Origin: Octopus bimaculoides
Taxonomy: Eukaryota
Direction: 5' to 3'
Assembly (NCBI RefSeq): GCF_001194135.2
Contig: NC_069005.1
Span: 15,962,669-16,026,668 of the forward strand
Length of the DNA stretch: 64,000 bases
Shown here: piece by piece, positions 63,535-64,000 of the stretch
Numbering within the stretch: the stretch's first letter is position 1
Layout: each line of letters starts with the position of its first letter
The notes under the pieces: model-generated
Databases searched by the model: none
The model's input: the letters and a program-made list of their open reading frames with translations, nothing else
What the model was told of the DNA's origin: nothing
Made by a program: the position numbers and the translations under genes

Positions 63535-63825
63535 ATAATTAAAATTAAAATTTAGATATAAAATTATACAATTTAGTATCTAAACCTTATTTTCAGTATG
63601 TCCCTAGTCGTGTATCGGCACACTACAGTACATACCCAATACATTCTGTCTTTTATATCAATCATTTAGAATATATATACATTTATATCAACATGTGTGT
63701 GTCTTTCTGTCTGTATGTCCCCATAACCATGTGACAACTGGTGTTGATATGTTTATGTCCCCATAACTAAGCAGTTCAGCAATTATGTGCTTATTCAATT
63801 ATGTGCATTTATGTGCTTACTCATG

Positions 63826-63872
<47 letters not shown>

Positions 63873-64000
63873 TTGTGTGTGTGTGTGTGCCTTTGTTTGT
63901 CCCACTTCCATCGCTTGACAACCGATGCTGGTGTGTTTATGTCCCCATAACGTATCAGTTCAGCAAAANNNNNNNNNNTCAGTTCAGCAAAAGAGACCAA

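Overview
AT-rich, CpG-poor eukaryotic DNA with many N gaps. It is most likely a cephalopod (Octopus-type) draft assembly; this is inferred from the repeat families, not from a search. Much of the readable sequence is transposable elements and microsatellites: at least three tRNA-headed SINE families (my labels A, B, D), a family of RTE-tail repeats (C), RTE, CR1/L2-like and R4-like LINE fragments, a decayed Ty3/Gypsy LTR element, Tc1/mariner elements (DD37D, mariner, pogo), hAT and piggyBac-type MITEs, Helitron derivatives and a foldback palindrome. The only well-supported host coding sequence is two minus-strand, phase-0 exons (55308-55129 and 54281-54165) of an unidentified coiled-coil protein. 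Nearly all other track ORFs are TE remnants, microsatellite read-throughs or N-gap artefacts. No CRISPR, rRNA or bona fide tRNA gene was seen. The most unusual signal is five hammerhead-ribozyme-like motifs (CUGAUGA...GAAA...NUH with pairable helices I-III) in five apparently different repeat contexts, one of them at the 3' end of a tRNA-headed SINE. All carry core lesions, three of them at the same C11.1-G12 CpG, so they look like relics of self-cleaving (Penelope-like or retrozyme-like) retroelements. Also notable: a SINE/LINE shared tail, multi-level nested insertions and long inverted repeats that could form dsRNA. Repeat boundaries were read by eye and are about +/-20 nt unless termini are quoted.
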